In this document: positions 57,323 to 64,000 of the stretch, one piece after another
Numbering within the stretch: the stretch's first letter is position 1
How the letters are laid out: every line of letters starts with the position of its first letter
Assembly (NCBI GenBank): GCA_934096715.1
Contig: CAKOMQ010000001.1
Coordinates: 40,611 to 104,610, forward strand
Direction of reading: 5' to 3'
DNA length: 64,000 nucleotides
From: an uncultured Bacilli bacterium
GTDB taxonomy: Bacteria > Bacillota_I > Bacilli_A > RF39 > UBA660
Program-made: the position numbers and the translations under genes
The notes under the pieces: model-generated
The model's database searches: none
Told to the model about the DNA's origin: nothing
Seen by the model: the letters and a program-made list of their open reading frames with translations, nothing else

Positions 57323-58654
57323 ATGAACGAAGTTAAAAACTATTTAAAAAATTTACTTGACTACAACGATACAATAATTGTTGCATGCTCAGGTGGCCCC
57401 GACAGTATGTGTCTTCTAGACTTATTAGTAAATTTAAAAAAAGAATATAATTTAAAATTAGTATGTGCTCACGTTAATCATAAACATCGTGATATTAGTG
57501 ATTATGAACAAATAAAAGTAGAAGAATACTGCAAAAACAATGATGTCATATTTGAACTTTACACAATTCTTGATTATAAAAACAATAAATTTACTGAAGA
57601 TGAATCTCGTGATAAAAGATATAACTTCTTTGAAGACTTAAAAAATAAATATAATGCTAAATATATAATGACAGCTCATCATGGAGATGACCTAATGGAA
57701 ACAATCTTAATGCGTTTAACTCGTGGAAGTAACTTAAAAGGATACATTGGACTAAAAAGAGAAAATAATCATTATATTAGACCACTGTTAACTATAACTA
57801 AAGATGAAATACTTGAATACGTAAATAATAAAAATATGTGGTATGCCATAGATGAAAGTAATAATGCTTTGGTACATACACGTAATAGATTCAGGTTACA
57901 AGTGTTACCATTCTTGAAAAAAGAAGATAATAAGGTTCACAAAAAGTTCTTAAAGTTTTCACAAGAATTAATTGATTATGATAACTATATTACTAAATAT
58001 ATAGATAATATTAAGAATGACATTATAACATCCAATATAATAGATCTATCTAAATTATTAAAAGAAGATAAATTTATTATAAGGAAATTTATTGAAAGAT
58101 ACATCGAATCAATTCAAGCTTATGATAAATTATATATTACAGATAAAAATCTTACTGATATATTAAATATAATTTATAGTGATAAACCTAATTTAAAAAT
58201 CAACCTCAATAATAATTATATTGCTATTAAGAGTTATAATTCTTTTGAAATAAAAAAAGAAAATAATTATTCAAATTATAATGAAGTTTTTAATAATAGT
58301 TTAATAATTCCATGTTATGGTAGAATTACCCAAATAGATGATTCTACTATTAATAGTAATTATATTCTTAGATTAAACAGTAAAGAAATAACTTTACCTA
58401 TTATAGTTAGAAACAAATTAGATGGCGATTATATTGAAGTTAAGAACATGAATGGTAAGAAAAAAGTTAAAGATATCTTTATTGATGAAAAAATTGATAA
58501 AGACAAAAGAAATAGTTATCCAATAGTAACAGATAGTGATAATAACGTACTTTGGATACCGGGTATTAAAAAATCAAAATTTGATAAAAATATTAATGAA
58601 TTATGTGATATAATACTTAAGTATGAGGAGGAGAATAATGAAACAAAACGATAA
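57323..58654 (+). CDS. tilS: tRNA(Ile)-lysidine synthetase
   Basis: 443 aa. PP-loop SGGPDS. Confidence 0.95.
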   Translation: MNEVKNYLKNLLDYNDTIIVACSGGPDSMCLLDLLVNLKKEYNLKLVCAHVNHKHRDISDYEQIKVEEYCKNNDVIFELYTILDYKNNKFTEDESRDKRYNFFEDLKNKYNAKYIMTAHHGDDLMETILMRLTRGSNLKGYIGLKRENNHYIRPLLTITKDEILEYVNNKNMWYAIDESNNALVHTRNRFRLQVLPFLKKEDNKVHKKFLKFSQELIDYDNYITKYIDNIKNDIITSNIIDLSKLLKEDKFIIRKFIERYIESIQAYDKLYITDKNLTDILNIIYSDKPNLKINLNNNYIAIKSYNSFEIKKENNYSNYNEVFNNSLIIPCYGRITQIDDSTINSNYILRLNSKEITLPIIVRNKLDGDYIEVKNMNGKKKVKDIFIDEKIDKDKRNSYPIVTDSDNNVLWIPGIKKSKFDKNINELCDIILKYEEENNETKR

Positions 58655-60605
58655 ATTAAAAAATTATATGCCCTATGTAATTCTTAGTGGTATAGTAATA
58701 TTTGTTTTAATTGTATTACAATTTCAAGGTAATGTTGTTAAAACTATTTCAACAGGCGAGTTATTAAAAGAATTAAAAAATGATAATGTCGCAGAAATTA
58801 AATTGACTCCAAATAGTAATGAATCAATTTACTATGTTGAAGGAAAATTAGATGATAGTAAGAAAGGTGAATCATTTAAAACTAAAGTTGTAAGTGAAGA
58901 AGTATCTAATATAATTAATTATATAGAAAAGAATGATATTGAAAAATATGACACTAATGGCGATTCTTCTGGAAGCCCATTCTTATATATTTTAATAAAT
59001 GTTGTTCCATTCTTAGTGCTTATTGTATTTGGTTATATGTTGTTTAAAAAACTTGCTCAATCTAATAAAAGTTCAGTTGACTTTGGAAAGAGTAGAGCCA
59101 GACTTACAAGTGATGATGAAAAGAAGAAATTTAAGGATGTTGCTGGATTAACTGAAGAAAAAGAAGAAGTTGAAGAACTTATTGATTTCTTAAAAAATCC
59201 AAAGAAATTCCAAAAACTAGGAGCTAGAATTCCTAAAGGTGTCTTATTAGTTGGCCCACCAGGAACAGGTAAAACATTACTCGCAAAAGCAGTAGCTGGC
59301 GAAGCAGATGTTCCATTCTTCTATATAAGTGGATCTGACTTTGTAGAGTTATTCGTTGGTGTTGGTGCTAGTCGTGTAAGAGATATGTTTAAGGAAGCTA
59401 AAAGAAATGCGCCATGCTTAATATTTATTGATGAAATAGATGCTGTTGGTAGACAACGTGGTACAGGACTTGGTGGTGGTCATGATGAAAGAGAACAAAC
59501 TCTTAATCAATTATTAACAGAAATGGATGGCTTTGGTGCTAATGAAGGTATCATAATCATCGCTGCTACAAATAGGCCAGATGTTCTAGATCCTGCTTTA
59601 TTAAGACCAGGAAGATTTGATAGACAAGTTACTATCAACTTACCAGATGCTAAAGCTCGTGAAGAAATATTAAACGTTCATGCACGAAATAAAATAATTG
59701 ATAAATCAGTTAACTTGAAAAATCTTAGTTTAAGAACTCCAGGATTTAGTGGAGCTGACTTAGAAAATCTTCTTAATGAAGCTGCACTTTTAACTGTAAG
59801 AAGAAATAAAGAAGCAATAACAATGGACGAAATAGATGAAGCAACTGACAGGGTTCTAATGGGACCTGCTAAAACTACAAAAGAAATTACTCAAAAAGAA
59901 AAGAAATTAGTTTCAATCCATGAAGCAGGACATGCGGTTATTGGAATGAAATTAAAAGATGCTAATGAAGTTCATAAAATAACTATTATACCTAGAGGTA
60001 TGGCAGGTGGTTACACAATGATGCTTCCAAAAGAAGAAAAAATGCTTGTAGTAACTAAAGATGAATTAATTAGTCAAATAACTGGATTACTTGGTGGACG
60101 TGTATCAGAAGAAATGTTCTTAAATGAAATATCTACTGGTGCAAGTGATGACTTAAAACGTGCTACAAATATTGCAAGAAGTATGGTATGTGAATATGGT
60201 ATGAGTGATTTAGGACCAATTCAATACGAAGAAAAATCTGAAGGTGTATTCTTAGGTAGAGATTATGGTAAACAAAAGAACTTTAGTGATAAAGTTGCTC
60301 ATGAAATTGATGAAGAAATTAGAAAGATTATTAACGAGTGTTACGAAAATGCTAAAGTAATTATTAAAGAAAATAAACATTTAATAGATTTACTAAGTGG
60401 TGCATTAATGAAATATGAAACTATTACTAAAGAACAAATTGAATACATAGTTAAAAATGACACTATTGAATTAGATGGTTTATCTACTGAAGTAGAAGAT
60501 AAAACTGATTTAAAAGCAAAAGCTAAAGAACTAGGAATAAAAGGGTATACTAAAATGACTAAAGAAGAATTAGAAGATGCTATAAATAAGAAAGAAGGTA
60601 AATAA
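58638..60605 (+). CDS. ftsH: ATP-dependent zinc metalloprotease FtsH
   Basis: Walker [17 protein letters not shown]. Start at ATG 58638 behind GGAGGAG. Confidence 0.97.
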   Translation: MKQNDKLKNYMPYVILSGIVIFVLIVLQFQGNVVKTISTGELLKELKNDNVAEIKLTPNSNESIYYVEGKLDDSKKGESFKTKVVSEEVSNIINYIEKNDIEKYDTNGDSSGSPFLYILINVVPFLVLIVFGYMLFKKLAQSNKSSVDFGKSRARLTSDDEKKKFKDVAGLTEEKEEVEELIDFLKNPKKFQKLGARIPKGVLLVGPPGTGKTLLAKAVAGEADVPFFYISGSDFVELFVGVGASRVRDMFKEAKRNAPCLIFIDEIDAVGRQRGTGLGGGHDEREQTLNQLLTEMDGFGANEGIIIIAATNRPDVLDPALLRPGRFDRQVTINLPDAKAREEILNVHARNKIIDKSVNLKNLSLRTPGFSGADLENLLNEAALLTVRRNKEAITMDEIDEATDRVLMGPAKTTKEITQKEKKLVSIHEAGHAVIGMKLKDANEVHKITIIPRGMAGGYTMMLPKEEKMLVVTKDELISQITGLLGGRVSEEMFLNEISTGASDDLKRATNIARSMVCEYGMSDLGPIQYEEKSEGVFLGRDYGKQKNFSDKVAHEIDEEIRKIINECYENAKVIIKENKHLIDLLSGALMKYETITKEQIEYIVKNDTIELDGLSTEVEDKTDLKAKAKELGIKGYTKMTKEELEDAINKKEGK

Positions 60606-60826
60606 TGTTACAAACAGTATTATTAGTTGTATCAATATTATTGATTGCAATAGTTTTATTACAAAGTAATAAAGCACAAGATAATGGAAGTATAATAACA
60701 GGGGGAAATGCTGAGTTATTCCAAAATATGAAAGAACGTGGTCTTGAATTATTTATATCAAGATTAACACTTGTTCTTGGCATATTATTCTTCTTAATCT
60801 CATTATTCCTATTTATTAAAGCTTAG
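60605..60826 (+). CDS. secG: Preprotein translocase subunit SecG
   Basis: 73 aa, two TM, LLQSNK..GG motif typical of SecG. Confidence 0.8.
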   Translation: MLQTVLLVVSILLIAIVLLQSNKAQDNGSIITGGNAELFQNMKERGLELFISRLTLVLGILFFLISLFLFIKA

Positions 60827-60833
60827 TTAAATT

Positions 60834-60871
60834 AAAAATGTTGATAATTTATTGGTTATCAACATTTTTTG
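60834..60871 (+). terminator. Intrinsic terminator after secG
   Basis: AAAAATGTTGATAA..TTATCAACATTTTTT. Confidence 0.75.
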
Positions 60872-60922
60872 TATATTAAATTAATTTCTAAACACACTAT
60901 TATTAGAATGGAGTGAACTTAC

Positions 60923-61417
60923 TTGAATAATAGTGGTATTACAAGAAGAATAGATGAGTTAGGGCGAATTGTTGTGCCTAAAGAATTAAGAAATAATTTA
61001 GGTATAAGAGATGGTGAGCCGCTTCTAATATACACAAACAATGACTCAATAATTATAAAGAAGTATTCAAAATTAGAAAAATATGAAGATAAAATAAACA
61101 AATATTCAAACATAATAAAAGAATTTATAGATGATGATTTAATAATAACTGATAGAGAAAAAGTTATATTTTCAACAAGCAACGACTTTGAACTTGATAA
61201 AAAGATAGATAACAAATTAATTAAATTAATAGATAATAGAGAAAGTTATTTAAAAAATGAGTTAGATAGTTTTATGGGAATAGGGGGTTATTATAAGATA
61301 ATACCTATAATAAATGAATCAGACAGTTTAGGATTGATTATTTTATATAGTAAAGATAATAAATATGATTATTTAAATTACATTAAAATTCTTAGGAATT
61401 TAATATCATCTTGCTAA
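60923..61417 (+). CDS. spoVT: AbrB-family regulator, SpoVT-like (SpoVT-AbrB N-domain plus GAF-like C-domain)
   Basis: 164 aa. TTG start. GITRRIDELGRIVVPKELRNNLGIRDGEPL swapped-hairpin motif. Confidence 0.8.
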   Translation: MNNSGITRRIDELGRIVVPKELRNNLGIRDGEPLLIYTNNDSIIIKKYSKLEKYEDKINKYSNIIKEFIDDDLIITDREKVIFSTSNDFELDKKIDNKLIKLIDNRESYLKNELDSFMGIGGYYKIIPIINESDSLGLIILYSKDNKYDYLNYIKILRNLISSC

Positions 61418-61439
61418 ATAAAATAACTTGTGATAATAT
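61411..61439 (+). promoter_or_regulatory. Sigma-A promoter for the T-box leader
   Basis: -35 TTGCTA (61411-61416), 17 nt spacer, extended -10 TGATAATAT (-10 hexamer at 61434-61439). Confidence 0.55.
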
Positions 61440-61444
61440 ATCTG

Positions 61445-61648
61445 TAGTTGATTAAGAAGTTAATGAGTAAGTTAATAATCAATTATAGAGAGTTGATGGT
61501 TGGTGAAAATCAATATTGTGTTTAACTGAATATGGTTAATGGAGTCAAATCGGTTAAGACCGTTATATCTATAAGTGTATGAACTATTCATAAAATAAGG
61601 TGGTACCGCGGGTATTAACTCGTCCTTTGTTTTATGAATTTTTTTATT
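61445..61648 (+). promoter_or_regulatory. T-box riboswitch leader (tRNA-sensing transcription attenuator)
   Basis: Stem I elements GAGTAA, AGAGAG and GGTGAAAA. Specifier-loop candidate TGAATATGG. T-box sequence AAGGTGGTACCGCG (61597-61610). Terminator CATAAAATAAGG..CCTTTGTTTTATG followed by a T7 run. Confidence 0.85.
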
Positions 61649-61659
61649 GGAGGCTAATT

Positions 61660-62151
61660 ATGGAAAGATATTTTGAAAAAATAAGTTTTGATGAATTTAA
61701 GAAAAGTATTGATAATAATATTGAACTATACAATAGTTATGAATTACCAGTTAGAAAAACAAAGTATAGTGCTGGATATGATTTCATTGCTATCAAAGAT
61801 TATGAGATTAAACCAGGAGAAATAGTTAAAATTCCTACTGGATATAAAGCTAAATTTAATGAAGATGAAATGCTTATGCTTATAGTTCGTAGCAGTATTG
61901 GCTTTAAGTATAACGTACGGATGTGTAATCAAATAGGTATCATAGAAAGTGACTATTACAATAATGAAAGTAACGAAGGTCACATGTTTGTAGCACTTCA
62001 AAATGAAGGAAAAGAAATATTTAAAATAAATAAAGGAGATGCTTATATCCAAGGGATATTCACTAAATTTCTAACTTGTGGAGATGAAGTAAGTGATATA
62101 AGAACTGGTGGTATGGGCAGTACTAATAGAAAGAAGGATAAAAATGAATAA
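61660..62151 (+). CDS. dut: dUTP diphosphatase (trimeric dUTPase family)
   Basis: GIIESDYYNN and C-terminal RTGGMGST motifs. Start at ATG 61660 behind GGAGG. The ORF-track start 61600 lies inside the T-box terminator. Confidence 0.8.
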   Translation: MERYFEKISFDEFKKSIDNNIELYNSYELPVRKTKYSAGYDFIAIKDYEIKPGEIVKIPTGYKAKFNEDEMLMLIVRSSIGFKYNVRMCNQIGIIESDYYNNESNEGHMFVALQNEGKEIFKINKGDAYIQGIFTKFLTCGDEVSDIRTGGMGSTNRKKDKNE

Positions 62152-63661
62152 AAAATTTTATATAACAACTCCTATATATTATCCAAGTGCGGAATTTCAT
62201 ATAGGGCATTGTTATACAACAATAATTGCTGACGCAATTGCAAGATACAAAAGATTAGATGGCTATGATGTATATTTTCAAACTGGAACAGACGAACATG
62301 GTTTAAAAATAGAAAATAAAGCTAAAGAAAAAGGAGTTACTCCAAAAGAATATGTTGACGTTATCATTGATAATGCTAAAGACTTATGGAAACAACTAGG
62401 AATATCATATGATTACTTTATAAGAACAACTGATGAAGATCACAAAAAAAGAGTACAAAAAATATTTAATATCCTTTATGAAAAAGGGGATATTTACAAA
62501 AGTGAATATGAAGGACTTTACTGTGTACCATGTGAATCTTTCTGGACTTCAACTCAAGCTAAAGATGGACTATGTCCTGATTGTGGTAGACCAGTTGAAC
62601 TAGTAAAAGAAGAATCTTACTTCTTTAAACTAAGTAAATATCAAAAGAAATTAGAAGATTTTTATGAAGAAAATCCGAATTTCTTATTGCCGCTTTCACG
62701 TAAGAATGAAATGCTAAATAACTTTATTAAACCAGGACTAGAAGATTTATGCGTATCTAGAACTAGTTTCAAATGGGGAATACCTGTTAGCTTTGATCCT
62801 AATCATGTTATATATGTTTGGATAGATGCTTTAACAAATTATATTACTAGTTTAGGCTACCCCGATAATTTAGATAAATTTAATAAATATTGGCCAGCTG
62901 ACTTACATCTTGTTGGTAAAGAAATAGTAAGATTCCATGCTATAATCTGGCCTTGTATACTTATGGCCTTAGATTTACCACTACCTAAGCAAGTATTTGG
63001 TCATGGTTGGTTAATTGTAGATGGCGGAAAAATAAGTAAAAGCAAAGGAAATTATAAAGACCCAAGAGAGTACATTAATACATATGGTGAAGATGCTGTA
63101 AGATACTTTGCACTAAGAGAGGTTCCTTTTGGAAGCGATGGAAATTTTTCGGAAGATGCTTTAATTCTAAGAACAAATGGAGATTTAGCTAACGTTCTTG
63201 GAAATCTAGTTAGTAGAACTATTCAAATGGCAATTAAATATTTTGATGGAGTAGTCGAAAATAAACAAGTAAGTGAAGAGATAGATGAAGATTTAATAAA
63301 TAGTAAGAATTCGTTAAAAGGTTTAGTAGATGAAAAAATGAGTTCTTACAAAGTTAACGAAGCCTTAGAAATAATATTTGAAAACTTAAGAAAATGTAAT
63401 AAATATATTGATGAAACAGAACCATGGGTATTAAGTAAAGATGTTAATAAATTAGAAAGACTAGAAACCATTATTTATAATTTACTAGATAATATTAGAG
63501 TAAGTGCTATATTACTTGAACCATTTATTCCTGAAACAAGCAAAAAAATATTAAAATCATTAAACTTCGAAAGTAATGATTTCTCTTCATTAAATGCAGT
63601 TCATCTAAAATATGATGTTGGTTTAGAAAAGCCAGAAAATCTATTTAATAGGATTCAATAA
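62144..63661 (+). CDS. metG: Methionyl-tRNA synthetase (short form without C-terminal tRNA-binding domain)
   Basis: HIGH-type FHIGH, KMSKS-type KISKS, zinc knuckles CVPCESF and CPDCGRP. Start at ATG 62144 (MNKKFYITTPIYY). Confidence 0.95.
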   Translation: MNKKFYITTPIYYPSAEFHIGHCYTTIIADAIARYKRLDGYDVYFQTGTDEHGLKIENKAKEKGVTPKEYVDVIIDNAKDLWKQLGISYDYFIRTTDEDHKKRVQKIFNILYEKGDIYKSEYEGLYCVPCESFWTSTQAKDGLCPDCGRPVELVKEESYFFKLSKYQKKLEDFYEENPNFLLPLSRKNEMLNNFIKPGLEDLCVSRTSFKWGIPVSFDPNHVIYVWIDALTNYITSLGYPDNLDKFNKYWPADLHLVGKEIVRFHAIIWPCILMALDLPLPKQVFGHGWLIVDGGKISKSKGNYKDPREYINTYGEDAVRYFALREVPFGSDGNFSEDALILRTNGDLANVLGNLVSRTIQMAIKYFDGVVENKQVSEEIDEDLINSKNSLKGLVDEKMSSYKVNEALEIIFENLRKCNKYIDETEPWVLSKDVNKLERLETIIYNLLDNIRVSAILLEPFIPETSKKILKSLNFESNDFSSLNAVHLKYDVGLEKPENLFNRIQ

Positions 63662-64000
63662 TGTTTACTGATAGTCATTCTCATGTTTATAAAGACTATT
63701 ATGATAATATAGATCTTGTTGTAGATGAAGCTAAAAAAAATGGCATCACAAGAATTATTACTTGCGGATGCTCTGGTGAAGAGAACAGAGAAGTTATTGA
63801 TGTAATAAATACTTATCCCACTATTTTTGGTGCATTAGGTATACATCCAGAAAACGTTTCAAGTTATAAATATAATGATATTGACTTTATCAAGAAAAAT
63901 ATTATCAACAAAAAAGTAGTGGCCATTGGAGAAATAGGATTAGATTATCATTATTCTAAAGAAGAAAAAGAAGAGCAAATTAAACTTTTAGAGACTCAAC
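63661..64000 (+). CDS. tatD: TatD-family metal-dependent hydrolase (5' part; runs off the window end)
   Basis: MFTDSHSHVY.. HxH motif. TAATG overlap with the metG stop. metG-tatD synteny as in B. subtilis metS-yabD. Confidence 0.85.
   Translation, partial: MFTDSHSHVYKDYYDNIDLVVDEAKKNGITRIITCGCSGEENREVIDVINTYPTIFGALGIHPENVSSYKYNDIDFIKKNIINKKVVAIGEIGLDYHYSKEEKEEQIKLLETQ

Noticed and set aside
60834-60871. Inverted pair of DnaA-box-like 9-mers (TGTTGATAA / TTATCAACA) after secG, considered as an extra DnaA-binding locus.
   Set aside because: The arms form a 14 bp hairpin followed by a T-run directly after a stop codon. A plain intrinsic terminator is the simpler reading.
61600-61659. ORF-track start of the dUTPase ORF at 61600 (MVPRVLTRPLFYEFFYWRLI).
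   Set aside because: These codons are the T-box sequence and terminator (GGTGGTACCGCGGG...). The real start is ATG 61660 behind GGAGG.
804-62052. Antisense or shadow ORFs in the track: 804..1028, 2035..2361, 13845..14048, 14118..14372, 14203..14430, 14594..14824, 15218..15457, 18627..19103, 20187..20396, 21476..21790, 25233..25544, 29744..29935, 38461..38691, 39902..40150, 41345..41560, 41603..41824, 44797..45123, 51509..51700, 51829..52026, 60580..60783, 60919..61215, 61744..62052.
   Set aside because: Each lies entirely inside a well-supported gene on the opposite strand. They have low-complexity hydrophobic translations typical of AT-rich antisense frames, with no RBS or recognisable motif.

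Overview
This window is the replication-origin region of a very AT-rich, endospore-forming Firmicute (Bacillota). dnaA (25638..26993, minus) and rpmH (27326.., plus) diverge from a DnaA-box-rich oriC. Almost all genes left of about 27 kb are on the minus strand and almost all genes to the right are on the plus strand. Most content is housekeeping with Bacillus-like synteny. On the minus side: dnaA-dnaN-recF-gyrB-gyrA, ffs-tadA-dnaX-ebfC-recR-bofA, holB-yaaT, pth-mfd, yabP-yabQ-divIC and gap-pgk. On the plus side: rpmH-rnpA-yidC-jag-mnmE-mnmG-rsmG-noc, rpoE, prfA-prmC, spoIIR, murA, spoIID, secA, prfB, tilS-ftsH, spoVT, dut-metG and tatD. The outstanding feature is a 1.7 kb non-coding block (16620..18290) between ffs and gyrA. 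It holds 8 perfect parS palindromes (TGTTTCACGTGAAACA), 7 perfect Noc-binding-site palindromes (TATTTCCCGGGAAATA) and 6 copies of an everted version (GGGAAATATTTCCC). These are arranged in fixed phase inside a higher-order repeat. All palindrome copies are invariant while the spacers have drifted. The only ParB-family gene in the window (33454..34413) looks Noc-type, lacks a membrane-targeting N-terminus and has no soj/spo0J partner next to it. Other points: a small SRP RNA hidden under the ORF-track N-terminus of tadA; the prfB +1 frameshift; a T-box leader in front of dut-metG; an apparently frameshifted rpmH 3' end; a comK-family gene between dnaN and recF; and a 6.3 kb accessory insert between secA and prfB. 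No rRNA, tRNA, CRISPR or transposase genes were seen.
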